The notes below the pieces were generated by a model. That model was not told the origin of the DNA, made no database searches, and was given only the letters and a program-made list of their open reading frames with translations. 64,000 nucleotides of DNA from Promethearchaeota archaeon (GTDB lineage Archaea; Asgardarchaeota; Lokiarchaeia; Sigyniarchaeales; SOKP01): positions 1 to 64,000 of the forward strand of contig JAUVNS010000009.1 in NCBI GenBank assembly GCA_030599585.1. Direction: 5' to 3'. Made by a program: the position numbers and the translations under genes. The number at the start of each line of letters is the position of its first letter. Positions within the stretch are counted from its first letter, which is position 1. Below are positions 51,197 through 61,835 of the stretch, piece after piece.

Positions 51197-52972
51197 TTGG
51201 AAAGCAGAATCACAGAGCAGAAGAAGGTTATTCTAAATAAACTAATAAATTCAGGAATAAATATTTCTCCTACAATGCTAGACAATATTCTAAACATAAA
51301 TAATCCCCTGAAAAACTTAAATCTCCTTATTAAGGAAACAAGTTTTATACCTTCATTTAAGAGTCACTTAACGGAAACTGTAATAAAAGATATTTCAGAC
51401 GAAAAACTTCAAAGAGTACTGAAACGTAACCTATCTAAAACCAATCATCTGCTATTACAAGAAGAAACCACTACCTCCGAACATTCCAATCTTCAAAAAG
51501 AAGTAGTTACGAGCACCTTAATTGATAAAAATCTCCCAGCAGAATTTTCACCCGTTATTGAAAGCTCTAAAACAGAGTATAAAAGTCAAGAAACTTCCCC
51601 TTCAGATATCTTGCCCAAGCGAATTACTAAAAAGAAAACTACAAAAAGAACTCCAAGGTTCGAATCCACTAAATCTATTTTTACATTTAATCCTATTGCC
51701 AAAGAATACAAATCTAACTACGAAGTTATTCAAGATCCAACAAATAAATTATTTACTAACGGAAAATATGATGATTTTTACGAATTAACGCTTGACAAAT
51801 ATAATAAGCTTAAAACTCTCATCAGAAAAAGACCAGAAGTAAGTTCGGCTACTAACATCAATAACATATTTAGGATATCTAATAGTATTGAAATATCAAC
51901 ATTAGGTTTAGTAGATAAAATTCGCCAAACAAAAAAAGGAAATTATCTCTTTACTTTGGAGGATTTAACTGGCAAAATTAGCGTATTAATTCAAAATAAT
52001 TCGGAGAACTTAGATTTCGTCAAAATTATAGAAAGAACTCTTAACGATCAGATGGTGTTCGTTAAGGGATTCTATAATCCTGGTGAACACGGGAGAAAAG
52101 GAATAATTTTTGCCTCCTACATCTCAAAAATAGATATTCCAACAAATTTTCAGCCTAATTTTTCACCCGATCCTCTCTCAATCGCTTTAATTTCTGACAT
52201 TCACATTGGAAGTAAAGAGTTTGAGGAAGGTTTATTTACTAAATTTATTAATTTTTTAAATGGCAAAAGTAATAATAAACTTCTAAGAGAAAAAGCTGGA
52301 AGAATAAAGTATTTAGTCATTAATGGCGATCTAATTGACGGAATAGGAATATACCCCAATCAACAAGAAGATCTCGTCATCACAGACATTTATAAGCAAT
52401 TTAAAAAAGCTTCAGATATTCTTTTAGAAATTCCGGATTATATTAAAATATTTTTTGTATCTGGAAATCACGAACCAGTAAGAAATGCAATACCCCGACC
52501 CGCAGTACCAAAGAAATATTGCGAAGATTTAGTTAACATGGGGATCAAATGCTTAGGCAACCCTTCTTTAATTAAAACTCATAATGTCAACACACTTATA
52601 TATCATGGGGAGAGCATGCACGATATAACTAGAATAATTCACGATTTAGACATAAATAAACCGATCGAGACCATGAAAGAATTTCTAATAGGTAGACATC
52701 TTGCTCCAACATTTGGAGGAAAAACACAAATTGCTCCTGTAAACACTGATCATCTAATAGTAGAAAAGATTCCTGACATCTTTCATACAGGACACGTACA
52801 TATAAACGGAATAGGAAAATACAGGAACGTAACCCTCGTAAATTCGGGATGTTTTCAAGCTCAAACTGACTTTATGAAAAGTTTTGGGATAATGCCTACT
52901 CCCGGTATAGTACCAGTAATTGAATTGGATTCTTTAGATTTTTTAACACTCGATTTTAAAAAAATTAATTAA
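51197..52972 (+). CDS. polB: DNA polymerase D small subunit DP1 (proofreading exonuclease)
   Basis: OB fold (LEDLTG), SDIHIGS, GDLIDGIG.YP, GNHE, RHLAP, HTGHVH. Confidence 0.96.
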   Translation: MESRITEQKKVILNKLINSGINISPTMLDNILNINNPLKNLNLLIKETSFIPSFKSHLTETVIKDISDEKLQRVLKRNLSKTNHLLLQEETTTSEHSNLQKEVVTSTLIDKNLPAEFSPVIESSKTEYKSQETSPSDILPKRITKKKTTKRTPRFESTKSIFTFNPIAKEYKSNYEVIQDPTNKLFTNGKYDDFYELTLDKYNKLKTLIRKRPEVSSATNINNIFRISNSIEISTLGLVDKIRQTKKGNYLFTLEDLTGKISVLIQNNSENLDFVKIIERTLNDQMVFVKGFYNPGEHGRKGIIFASYISKIDIPTNFQPNFSPDPLSIALISDIHIGSKEFEEGLFTKFINFLNGKSNNKLLREKAGRIKYLVINGDLIDGIGIYPNQQEDLVITDIYKQFKKASDILLEIPDYIKIFFVSGNHEPVRNAIPRPAVPKKYCEDLVNMGIKCLGNPSLIKTHNVNTLIYHGESMHDITRIIHDLDINKPIETMKEFLIGRHLAPTFGGKTQIAPVNTDHLIVEKIPDIFHTGHVHINGIGKYRNVTLVNSGCFQAQTDFMKSFGIMPTPGIVPVIELDSLDFLTLDFKKIN

Positions 52973-53006
52973 ATTCTTCTACTTTTAATAGTAATAGGTG
53001 CTTTAA

Positions 53007-53690
53007 GTGAACTTTTCGATTCCGCGTGGCAATACTTCGGAGATGGTGTTACATATTTGGAAAATTATTGAACTTCCAAGCATTCAACAAGATGATTTTT
53101 TACATATCATTTCTTTTGAATTGTTTCTATTCTCGCCCAAAGAGGCAAAGGAATTCATCAATGGGGCCATTCATAAAGGATATCTAATTCCAGATGGAGA
53201 TGAGCAAATTAAATTATCAGAATCTTTAGCTCTCGAGTTAAACAAATGGCATGAAAAGAGAAAAATTCACATTTCAGGAAAAATTAAAGATGTCAATGAT
53301 TTCAACGATTTCAGCAACGAATCTAAAAATAGCGACGCAAATAAGTTCAAAATTTTATTAAAAGCTTTACTTGATAAAGGAACTATAAATAGAGCGGTAG
53401 CAGAGTCTGATAGCGCATATAAATTTAGCTTTCTAGATTCTGCTCAAAAAATTATTAAAGCTGAAGTTCAAGGTTCTCAGAAGATTCCGTATACCATTGA
53501 AATAAACATACTTGAAAAAATGATAAAACATAATTGCCATGATTTTCGGGCTAAAAGAGCAGAAAACAAAAAATTCTGTAAGCACTTAGCGAAATTATTT
53601 CTCCTATTAAAAATACAAAACGCAGATTTAGCATCGTACTTCCTCGAGAGTATTACAAAAGAGATTAATAATTGGAATTTTCAAGCTTAA
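53007..53690 (+). CDS. DUF2240-like N-terminal domain plus SWIM-type zinc finger
   Basis: ISFEL.LFSPKEAKEFI..A...GYL N-terminus; V.GSQ..PY...HNCHDF...FCKHL. Confidence 0.65.
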   Translation: MNFSIPRGNTSEMVLHIWKIIELPSIQQDDFLHIISFELFLFSPKEAKEFINGAIHKGYLIPDGDEQIKLSESLALELNKWHEKRKIHISGKIKDVNDFNDFSNESKNSDANKFKILLKALLDKGTINRAVAESDSAYKFSFLDSAQKIIKAEVQGSQKIPYTIEINILEKMIKHNCHDFRAKRAENKKFCKHLAKLFLLLKIQNADLASYFLESITKEINNWNFQA

Positions 53691-55012
53691 ATTAGCTTTT
53701 TAAACACCATATTCTTTATCTTAACTTTATCGTTTTGAAGTATTATCGGTTTATAATCCATTAATCGATACTCTTTTATTTTTTTAACCTGAGATAAAAC
53801 ACGTTCTATTAGGTTAAATTCGAGATCAAGTTTTACAATTTTCGTTCGACCATAATGACCCATCGATTTCGTCACTGCTGTTATTAATCCTGACAACGCT
53901 AATTCATTAATATAATCGCTAATTCTTCTATGCGTCAATTGTTTCACATTTGGAATGATTTGCGCCAATTCCGAATGAACTTCATAAATATCACCTGACG
54001 TAATTATTATGTGTTCTTTAGTGTATTTTGACAATAAAAAGATGGCCGTCAAAGTTAGTTTTGCTTGAAGAGGCATCGAAAAGATATATTCAACGATGTG
54101 ATCTTTATCTATATCTTTTTGAGCTTTTTCTACGTGATTTTCCATTATTTTTTTAGTTTGGTTGCGCTCAGCGATTTCTCCAGCTTTTCTTAATAGTTGC
54201 AGAGCTTTTCTCGCATCTCCATGCTCTTTTGCTGCTAGACCAGCACATAGCTTTATAACTCCATCGTCAATAACGGCTTCCTTAAAAGCTACTTCTGCTC
54301 TTAGTTTAAGAATATCGTAGAGTTGGTTAGCGTCATAAGGATGAAAGACTATTGGTTCTTCTTCCCCTAAATTAGATGTAACTCTCGCATCGAGGAATTC
54401 CATGAATTTTAGTTTATTAGATATCCCGATAACACTCGTTCTACATTGATCTAAGTTCTCATTTAACCTCGTTAAGTTATACAAGATTTCGTTTCCTCCT
54501 TTTTTTTCAATTAAAATATCTATTTCATCTAAAACAAGAAAGCATATGCTATCCTTGATATGTTGGTCAAATAAGCCTAGCAATTTCTTGAGGATTACAT
54601 CTTTAGGTAAACCCGTAGATGGGATTTTTTCTTTACCAACTATCGTATTGTAGATATGAGCTAAGATTCTATAAGGTGTAGATACTACTGTACAATTAAT
54701 ATATACCCACCAAGGAGGTTTATTAGAGCAATGTTGCGCAAGTTTTTGTGAGATATACCTTACAGTAGCCGTTTTACCCGTACCAGTCATCCCATAACAC
54801 AAGAAATTAGGAGGAACGTCACCTTTTAAGGCACAAGCAGTTATACCCGCTATTTTCTCGATCTCGGAATTTCTGTGAGGTAATTTATCAGGTATAAACG
54901 ACGGTTCGAGAGCTTCTCGGTTCTTAAAAAGTTTCGGACCTTTTAAGTATTTCCGGTAAAATCTATCGATATTGAATGAATACATTCCTTTTTCATTATG
55001 GTTAGTCAACAC
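53687..55012 (-). CDS. cdc6: Orc1/Cdc6 replication initiator
   Basis: LPHR, GMTGTGKT, LDEID, F.PY.A.QL..IL..RA, HGDARKAL, winged helix with GRT. Confidence 0.96.
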   Translation of the reverse strand: MLTNHNEKGMYSFNIDRFYRKYLKGPKLFKNREALEPSFIPDKLPHRNSEIEKIAGITACALKGDVPPNFLCYGMTGTGKTATVRYISQKLAQHCSNKPPWWVYINCTVVSTPYRILAHIYNTIVGKEKIPSTGLPKDVILKKLLGLFDQHIKDSICFLVLDEIDILIEKKGGNEILYNLTRLNENLDQCRTSVIGISNKLKFMEFLDARVTSNLGEEEPIVFHPYDANQLYDILKLRAEVAFKEAVIDDGVIKLCAGLAAKEHGDARKALQLLRKAGEIAERNQTKKIMENHVEKAQKDIDKDHIVEYIFSMPLQAKLTLTAIFLLSKYTKEHIIITSGDIYEVHSELAQIIPNVKQLTHRRISDYINELALSGLITAVTKSMGHYGRTKIVKLDLEFNLIERVLSQVKKIKEYRLMDYKPIILQNDKVKIKNMVFKKLI

Positions 55013-55034
55013 TCATTTCCACCATATAAACATT

Positions 55035-55047
55035 TTCCACTTGAAAT
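55035..55047 (+). promoter_or_regulatory. Mini-ORB-like Orc1/Cdc6 binding site
   Basis: TTCCACTTGAAAT matches the archaeal mini-ORB core (TCCA-N3-GAAA) just upstream of cdc6, next to an AT-rich gap of about 300 bp. Confidence 0.55.
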
Positions 55048-55314
55048 AATTCTAATATTTGATATTTCGATTCCGCGCTATTTAAATTTATTTATTAATC
55101 GAAAAAGTAGGAATAATATATTAAAGCTTTAATATGCTAATTTTTTGATTTGCAGCGATTACATCGATAATTTATAATATTATTGTCGGAACTTTAAAAG
55201 ATAATTATTTAGGAAGCAATATTATTAAGGGTTTAGTATAACCTATTTTATTTACCAAAATTTAATTTTAATTATAAATTACAGAACACATTCATTTAAA
55301 ATGCGGGAATTTTT

Positions 55315-56085
55315 ATGTCTAAAAATGATAAGGGAGATATTAACAGAAGAAATGTAAGGCTAGCTATTATATTAACTTTGACGTTTATCGGTTTACTCTT
55401 CTTTAACTTTCTGGTTATATCCATCGTGTTCACATGGGCCGATTGGCTAGCAACACTTATTTTTAGCGTTCTTTTTATCGTTCCCGCGTATTTTTCAAAC
55501 GCTGGAATGGTTATTGTTGGTGGCGGTAAACCTTTAGATAAGGGGAAATTTTGGCGTGATGGTCGCAGAATTTTAGGAGATCACAAAACTATTTCTGGAC
55601 TTATCAAAGGACCATTGTACATAGGTATTCCATTAAGTTGCGCGTTATTTTTATTGTTTTTATTATTATGGCCCGTCATACAACAGATTCCAATAGAAGG
55701 AGCTACAATTGGAGTGTATAAATTATACTCTGATATTTTTTACTATCAATATTATTTTATCGGAGGTCCTATTCCAATTGGAATCTTGATGCTTATGTTT
55801 AGAATAGTATTTTGTTCATACGGAGCTGCATTTGGAGATTTAGCAGGCTCATTTCTTAAAAGAAGATTTAACATTAAAAGTGGGGCACCTTTTTGGGTTG
55901 TAGATCAACTAGATTTTGCTGTAGGGGCTCTAATTTTTGCCTTCATCCCTGCCATCTTTTTTCCAGGGTTGTACTTGATCCCCGACTTAAACATTGTTAT
56001 ATTGCTTCTCATATTAACCCCCTCTGTGAGCCTTATAGCTAATACAATCGCGTATCTAATTAATTTAAAAGATGTACCTTGGTAG
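55315..56085 (+). CDS. carS: CDP-archaeol synthase
   Basis: PAYFSN, GGGKPLD.G...DGRRILGDHKT, GDLAGSFLKRR, DQLDF, LKDVPW. Confidence 0.93.
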   Translation: MSKNDKGDINRRNVRLAIILTLTFIGLLFFNFLVISIVFTWADWLATLIFSVLFIVPAYFSNAGMVIVGGGKPLDKGKFWRDGRRILGDHKTISGLIKGPLYIGIPLSCALFLLFLLLWPVIQQIPIEGATIGVYKLYSDIFYYQYYFIGGPIPIGILMLMFRIVFCSYGAAFGDLAGSFLKRRFNIKSGAPFWVVDQLDFAVGALIFAFIPAIFFPGLYLIPDLNIVILLLILTPSVSLIANTIAYLINLKDVPW

Positions 56086-56094
56086 TAAAAATAC

Positions 56095-56613
56095 TCATAG
56101 TTTAACTACATCGCATTTAATTCTAACACGGAATCCTTCGTTATCAATAAATGTAACATATCGTTCGAAAATCTCGTTAACGGCTTTTATGTAATTTCCT
56201 TTGCATCCTACGGCTATTCCTCGATCCTCGTAAGAGAGAAATCCTATGATTACCTCAGCTTTACCAGAATAAAAATTTCTTTCGATTTTTATTGTATGAA
56301 TATAAGGATCTGGAAAAAAACCATACACTAAATTAACAAGTACGTCTTCTTCCCGAACAATTACGATTTTTCTACACCGAAATTTCTTTCTAAGATAAGA
56401 TAATTTTTTGGATGTTGCATAGAAATAATTTTCGTTATTAAGGAAAAAAAATACAAATTCATTTACTATAATCAAATTTTGAGGAAAGACTTGCGTAATT
56501 TCTTGAAAGAAGTGATAAAGTAGAAGTTCTTCATTTGAAAAAATCTTTTTTACAGTTAACTTTTGATAAAAAAGCAAATTATTGATAAATGAGTTAGAAA
56601 CTGTCCTCAACAT
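56095..56613 (-). CDS. Archaeal NusA-like KH-domain protein (divergent)
   Basis: DRGIAVGCKGNYIK KH GxxG loop; N-terminal ELLLYHFFQEITQV resembles aNusA; start uncertain. Confidence 0.65.
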   Translation of the reverse strand: MLRTVSNSFINNLLFYQKLTVKKIFSNEELLLYHFFQEITQVFPQNLIIVNEFVFFFLNNENYFYATSKKLSYLRKKFRCRKIVIVREEDVLVNLVYGFFPDPYIHTIKIERNFYSGKAEVIIGFLSYEDRGIAVGCKGNYIKAVNEIFERYVTFIDNEGFRVRIKCDVVKL

Positions 56614-56734
56614 ATAATTACATTTTCAGACCTATGATTTTAAACTCCTAGAAAAAATAAAGTAAACAACAAAAGGTTTAATTTTAAACGAGACTATTCA
56701 TAGTAAATCTATACTGAAAATAATAACATTTCAC

Positions 56735-57172
56735 ATGAAAAAAGCAGGATTTGAGTTTAGAGATCATACTGCCGACGTTCAGGTACGAAGTTGGGGATCG
56801 TCATTAGAAGAAGCTTTTTCGCAAACCGCTTATAGTTTAATGGCGACAATAACGCCAAACTTAAAAAAAATAACTCCTATAGTCGAAAGAGAAATAATTA
56901 TCGAGGCTGAGGATAAGGAAGCCCTATTATTTGATTTCCTTTCTGAATTTTTATATATTTTTGATGTTGATGAGCTTGTTTTTAACCAAATCTATGTGCG
57001 TTCAATTGAAAAATTTAAAGATAAGTATAAGTTGCGTGCTACTCTAAAAGGTGAAAAATTCGACTTAGATAAGCACGAAATAGGAATTGAAGTTAAAGCT
57101 ATAACATATTCTTTCTTAAATATAGAAGAAAAACACGAAAGTATCGTGATAGATATAGTGTTTGATATTTAA
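56735..57172 (+). CDS. Archease
   Basis: DHTAD, EVKAITY, VFDI C-terminus. Confidence 0.95.
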   Translation: MKKAGFEFRDHTADVQVRSWGSSLEEAFSQTAYSLMATITPNLKKITPIVEREIIIEAEDKEALLFDFLSEFLYIFDVDELVFNQIYVRSIEKFKDKYKLRATLKGEKFDLDKHEIGIEVKAITYSFLNIEEKHESIVIDIVFDI

Positions 57173-57323
57173 CTTCGAATTTATTTTTGGATAATGATAT
57201 CATTCAAAATTTTATGGTATTTATATTGATATCCTATTCATGTTTCTGAGTTTATAGTGAAATCATAAAAAAGATATTACTTCTTTAAAAAACCTAAATT
57301 AAATAATAATAATAAGTAAATAA

Positions 57324-58796
57324 TTATCCTTTTACAACACCTATTGGAACTAACCTTACAATTTTTTCCACAATGCCGAGATCTTGGCTGACTTGTACAA
57401 CTTGATCTATGTCTTTATATGCTCCAGGAGCTTCTTCAGCAATCACTTTAGGAGACGCTGCTCTTATTGTAATTCCTTTTTTTCTAAGATCTTCCCTGAT
57501 ATTAGCACCCCAATATTGTTTCGTTGCCTTGGATCTTGACATAACACGACCAGATCCATGAGCCGTAGAACCAAAAGAGAGGTCCATTGCTTTTGGTCTC
57601 CCCACACATAAATACGAAGCAGTTCCCATAGTTCCAGGAATTAAAGCTGGTTGACCTATACTTTTATAATCACGGGGTATATCTGGATGTTCTGGTGGGA
57701 AGGCTCTAGTTGCGCCTTTTCTGTGGACATTTAATTTCATTTTTTTCCCGTCAACATCATGTTCCTCTATCTTTAAAATATTATGACAAACTCCATAAAT
57801 CAATTTAAAATCCAGATCGTCCAAACTCCTTTTAAAATGTTTCTGGAACGTTTCTCTTAGCCAATGCGTTATTAATTGGCGATTAGTAAACCCAAAATTT
57901 GCAGCACACGCCATAGTTTTCAAGTATTGCATTGCCTCTGGAGTATCGGCTGGTACACACGCTAATTCGCGATCTGGTACTTTTATTTTGTATTTTCTCA
58001 TTGCTTGCTCGATATTTCTAAGTGAATCGGTGCACACTTGATGACCAAGAGCTCGAGAACCAGTATGAACCATGATAGTTATTTGATCTTTACCAAAGAT
58101 TCCCAATTTCTTTGCCACTGACTCATTATAAATCTTGTCAACCTTTTGTATTTCAAGAAAATGGTTACCACTCCCTAAAGAACCAAGTTGTTTTATTCCT
58201 CTTTGCTTTGCTTTTTGTGATACTAATTTTGAATCAGCGTTTTTCAAAAAACCGTTTTCTTCGCAGTGTTCTAAATCCTCTTTTATAGCATAATCATTAT
58301 CTAAAGCCCAATTTAAACCGTTATCTAAAACATCATTTAATTCCGAGGAGTTGATGCTTAATTTTCCTTTACTTCCTAATCCGGATGGTATATTCTTAAA
58401 AATAGTGTCTAGCAAGTTAGGAATTGAACTTTCAATATCTTTAAGGTGAAGATTTGTTCTTAGGATTCTCACACCACAGTTTATATCGTACCCTACACCA
58501 CCTGGGGAAATCATTCCAGAATAAGCGTCTGTTCCTGCCACACCCCCAATACAAAACCCATAACCTTGGTGTGCATCAGAGAGAACAATAGCGTGCTTTT
58601 GTATACCAGGGAGACAAGCTACATTACTAATTTGATCCAGAGTTCTATCGTTTTTAATTTTTTCTAAAATGTAATCGTTAGCATAAATATGGACAGGTAC
58701 TCTCATTTGAAATTTTGCGATCTTTCCTTCCACTCTAGCCATTAAAGTTTTTTGAGGGATTTCGTAGATGTTTTCATCTATTTTATTCACATTCAT
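57324..58796 (-). CDS. rtcB: tRNA-splicing ligase RtcB
   Basis: DAHQGYGFCIGG, GYDINCG, GSGNHF, HRKGATR, HGSGR, EEAPGAYKD. Confidence 0.97.
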   Translation of the reverse strand: MNVNKIDENIYEIPQKTLMARVEGKIAKFQMRVPVHIYANDYILEKIKNDRTLDQISNVACLPGIQKHAIVLSDAHQGYGFCIGGVAGTDAYSGMISPGGVGYDINCGVRILRTNLHLKDIESSIPNLLDTIFKNIPSGLGSKGKLSINSSELNDVLDNGLNWALDNDYAIKEDLEHCEENGFLKNADSKLVSQKAKQRGIKQLGSLGSGNHFLEIQKVDKIYNESVAKKLGIFGKDQITIMVHTGSRALGHQVCTDSLRNIEQAMRKYKIKVPDRELACVPADTPEAMQYLKTMACAANFGFTNRQLITHWLRETFQKHFKRSLDDLDFKLIYGVCHNILKIEEHDVDGKKMKLNVHRKGATRAFPPEHPDIPRDYKSIGQPALIPGTMGTASYLCVGRPKAMDLSFGSTAHGSGRVMSRSKATKQYWGANIREDLRKKGITIRAASPKVIAEEAPGAYKDIDQVVQVSQDLGIVEKIVRLVPIGVVKG

Positions 58797-58940
58797 ACTA
58801 ATTAGACTAGTGATATTTTTTTCATAAATTTTATGTTTACCAGGACAAGCTTATTTAAGTTAATAAAAATAGAAAAATAAACCTACTCAGATTTAAGAAA
58901 TTATAAAATGTATGTTATAGGTTATATGAAAAAAGTTATG

Positions 58941-59675
58941 TTATTTTACATCAATAAACTTGAGCAAGCCAAGATCATCTAAATCGTCAATCATTACGTC
59001 AATCTCCGCCTTTGGAACGCCAGCTTCCTCTGCTATATCTGCTACAGTGTGAAAACCATCAGCCAAATGAGCAATCCTATACTGTTCCTTGTTTAAAAAA
59101 CCCTGAACGATTACTTGGGTAGGAAGACGTTTTGAAGCCCATGCGGGTTTCTGGTCTCGAACTTTCCGTAAATCTTCTTCCGAAAGCACCATACCCTTTT
59201 TAGATAGTAGTTTCTGAGATTTTGCAAAGTCTTTTTCAAAGATTTTTAAGATAGGAATCTTTATTTGGATTTCTGCTATGTGACCGTTTTTTAGCATGTC
59301 ATCCATAACATTTTCAAATCCTTGGAACAACCTAACATCTCCTGACCAATCCTTCATTAGGGTTCCAAACTTATCCAAGAATTTATCAATTATATCGCTT
59401 AAAACTTTGTGTGTTATTTTTGCATCGTCATTCTTGTCAGCAGCTGCTGTACACAGTATCCCTTCCTTAAAAACAAGAAGGAGATAAAATATTTGCATAT
59501 CTATGATTTTTAATTCTCCTGATCCTTTCGAAAACTCCACTGAAAAATCTTTTAAAGCTGTTAAAAAACCAGATACTAAATCCTGATTAAATTCTATAGT
59601 CCCATACTTCCTATGGATTAAACAAATGCCCGTAAAGTTTGATATTAGGTATACATTGTGAAGGATTACAATCAA
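58941..59675 (-). CDS. Longin-like domain protein with C-terminal winged HTH
   Basis: VYLISNFTGICL...DLVSGFLTAL..F longin-like pattern; DG.HTVADIAEEAG...LDDLGLL wHTH. Confidence 0.65.
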   Translation of the reverse strand: MIVILHNVYLISNFTGICLIHRKYGTIEFNQDLVSGFLTALKDFSVEFSKGSGELKIIDMQIFYLLLVFKEGILCTAAADKNDDAKITHKVLSDIIDKFLDKFGTLMKDWSGDVRLFQGFENVMDDMLKNGHIAEIQIKIPILKIFEKDFAKSQKLLSKKGMVLSEEDLRKVRDQKPAWASKRLPTQVIVQGFLNKEQYRIAHLADGFHTVADIAEEAGVPKAEIDVMIDDLDDLGLLKFIDVK

Positions 59676-59950
59676 CTCCTTAAAGCATAATTACATTTTT
59701 TTATTAATAATATAAGTTCTACTATTTATAATTTCATTTAAGTAAAAATAGCATTTCTGAGATATAAAAACATAGAAGAAATAAAAAATTGATATCTGTT
59801 TTTTCTCACTTCTCCAAAAATGGTATATAAATAAATTATAATTAAACCTATTTAGCTTAATTCTTTTTGTTTATGAATTGTTTCTATCGTAATTAGATTG
59901 AAATTGATCTGTACATTATTAGAATCAGATATTATACCAAAGGGAAAAAG

Positions 59951-60265
59951 ATGGATTATTACACATTTTTCGTCACTGTACCTAATTTAGAAGAGGGTAA
60001 GAAAATTGGAAACTTATTAATAGAAAATAAATTAGCAGCCTGCGTAAATATCATACCTGATTTATTTTCAATATATTGGTGGGAAGGAAAAATAGAAAGA
60101 GATAACGAATTACTATTAATAATTAAAACTACTGAAAAAAATTGCGATTTAATAATTCAAAAAATCGGAGAAGTTCATAGCTATTCGAACCCCGAATGCG
60201 TTGGTTTCAAAATCGAGAAGGGATCTCAGAAATTTTTGGATTGGATTGACGACGTTGTAGATTAA
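59951..60265 (+). CDS. cutA: Divalent-cation tolerance protein CutA
   Basis: LAACVNI, SIYWWEG, IKT, HSYSNPE. Confidence 0.93.
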   Translation: MDYYTFFVTVPNLEEGKKIGNLLIENKLAACVNIIPDLFSIYWWEGKIERDNELLLIIKTTEKNCDLIIQKIGEVHSYSNPECVGFKIEKGSQKFLDWIDDVVD

Positions 60266-60289
60266 TATAAATAAGGCATTGTAAATATT

Positions 60290-61102
60290 ATGACATTTGA
60301 CATCTTTCAAGTTGATTGGATTACAGTTGATATTATTATAATTGTACTCTTAATCCTGCTTTTAATCGGTGTAAAGGTACTTAAAGAAATATATAGATGG
60401 CGATTTTTCTTTTCAAACATTTCAACGATTAGGAAAGTTGATAACTTTCTGTATATTAACAATAAAGTCTCGTCTATTTCTATAAAAAAGAGCAATTTGA
60501 CTACATCTAGCGTTTTTCAGCAAGAAGATTTAATAAAACCGACACTAGTCATAATAAAAGGGTATCGAAAACTGATGTTGTTGAAAGCACTCACAGAAGC
60601 ATTTTGTACATCTGGATATAATGTGATAAGCCTACGACTTAAAATAGCAAATAAAAACATATCAGAACGATTGAAATCTAATATAAAAAAAGAGTTACAA
60701 CAAACTTTTCCTAACATTATAATGTTTTACAATCAAGATGTCAACTTATTAAGCCAGAATTATATTGTTATTGATTTTACTAAAAAAGTGTTACCTTTGA
60801 ACCTTCTTTTGAGTGATATTTATTGTAGGAACATAATTTTGATTAATCCCCGCTTAAAATTTTACAATCTGGAAGTGTATTTAAATTTATTAAGTGATTT
60901 AAATCAAAATTCTAAATTTATTACGATATTTAGTGAGAAATTAAATCCATTTTTTAAAAATAAGAAAGTAAAAAAGATACTACACTATAAAGAAACATTT
61001 AAATACACCAACTATACTATTATCCAAAAAACTAAAAGCACATTCAAGTATTACGAAACATTACTTTTAAGCGAAATAATTAGATATATAGAGAAACAGT
61101 AA
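60290..61102 (+). CDS. Membrane-anchored hypothetical protein, possibly a degenerate alpha/beta hydrolase fold
   Basis: N-terminal TM; AF..SGYNVI and IILINP resemble hydrolase strands, but there is no GxSxG. Confidence 0.5.
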   Translation: MTFDIFQVDWITVDIIIIVLLILLLIGVKVLKEIYRWRFFFSNISTIRKVDNFLYINNKVSSISIKKSNLTTSSVFQQEDLIKPTLVIIKGYRKLMLLKALTEAFCTSGYNVISLRLKIANKNISERLKSNIKKELQQTFPNIIMFYNQDVNLLSQNYIVIDFTKKVLPLNLLLSDIYCRNIILINPRLKFYNLEVYLNLLSDLNQNSKFITIFSEKLNPFFKNKKVKKILHYKETFKYTNYTIIQKTKSTFKYYETLLLSEIIRYIEKQ

Positions 61103-61127
61103 TAAAGATAAAAGCGATTAAATTCTA

Positions 61128-61835
61128 ATGAAAGGACCTAAAATTCTAAGAGATCATTTTGATAGCGTTACATACTCTGAAAATCACTTGAAACTATTAC
61201 AACAAAAAAGAGAACGATCTAAAACGTTGCTGGAGATGTTCGTTAAAGAGGGTTTGAATCCATTTATTTATGGTAGTATTGCTCGAGGTGATATTCATAA
61301 CGATAGCGATATCGACATGGTTTTAATACAATCAATCGCACCGTATCAAATAGAAATAATACTTGAAAAAAATGGTTTTAAAAATTACTTCCGAGAAATT
61401 ATTATGGCAACTCCCGCTGACACTTTGAAACTCTACATTTATTTGAACGAATTAGAAAGCATAACAATTCCATTATCTAAGTTCAATAAAAAATCAAGCG
61501 AATTTTACGATTTTGGAGGAAAAATTAATCTAAACCAAATTTTAAATAGTATTCGAGTGCCTGGAATCAATAAAAGGTTAGTTTTTATTCAACCTACTTC
61601 TGATGGTCATGAAGAATATTCGATTATTGGAAATGAAAATTTAGCTGCAAAGCAGTTGAGTGTTGGAATTAATTTGATTAATGAAAGAAAGAGAGTTCTT
61701 TTAAGAAGAGAGAAATTTGGAAAAACAGGCGTATTTTTAAAGAGATCAATAGGGGTGGGAGAGACAACAGAGCTCGTTTTAAAAAAATTAAGCAATAAAA
61801 ACACCATTGTAAGAAAAAAACTATTACAAAGATGA
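61128..61835 (+). CDS. Archaeal nucleotidyltransferase (COG2413-like)
   Basis: YGSIARGDIH.DSDID, EFYDFGG, RVPGINKRL, R.K.GKTGVFL. Confidence 0.85.
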   Translation: MKGPKILRDHFDSVTYSENHLKLLQQKRERSKTLLEMFVKEGLNPFIYGSIARGDIHNDSDIDMVLIQSIAPYQIEIILEKNGFKNYFREIIMATPADTLKLYIYLNELESITIPLSKFNKKSSEFYDFGGKINLNQILNSIRVPGINKRLVFIQPTSDGHEEYSIIGNENLAAKQLSVGINLINERKRVLLRREKFGKTGVFLKRSIGVGETTELVLKKLSNKNTIVRKKLLQR

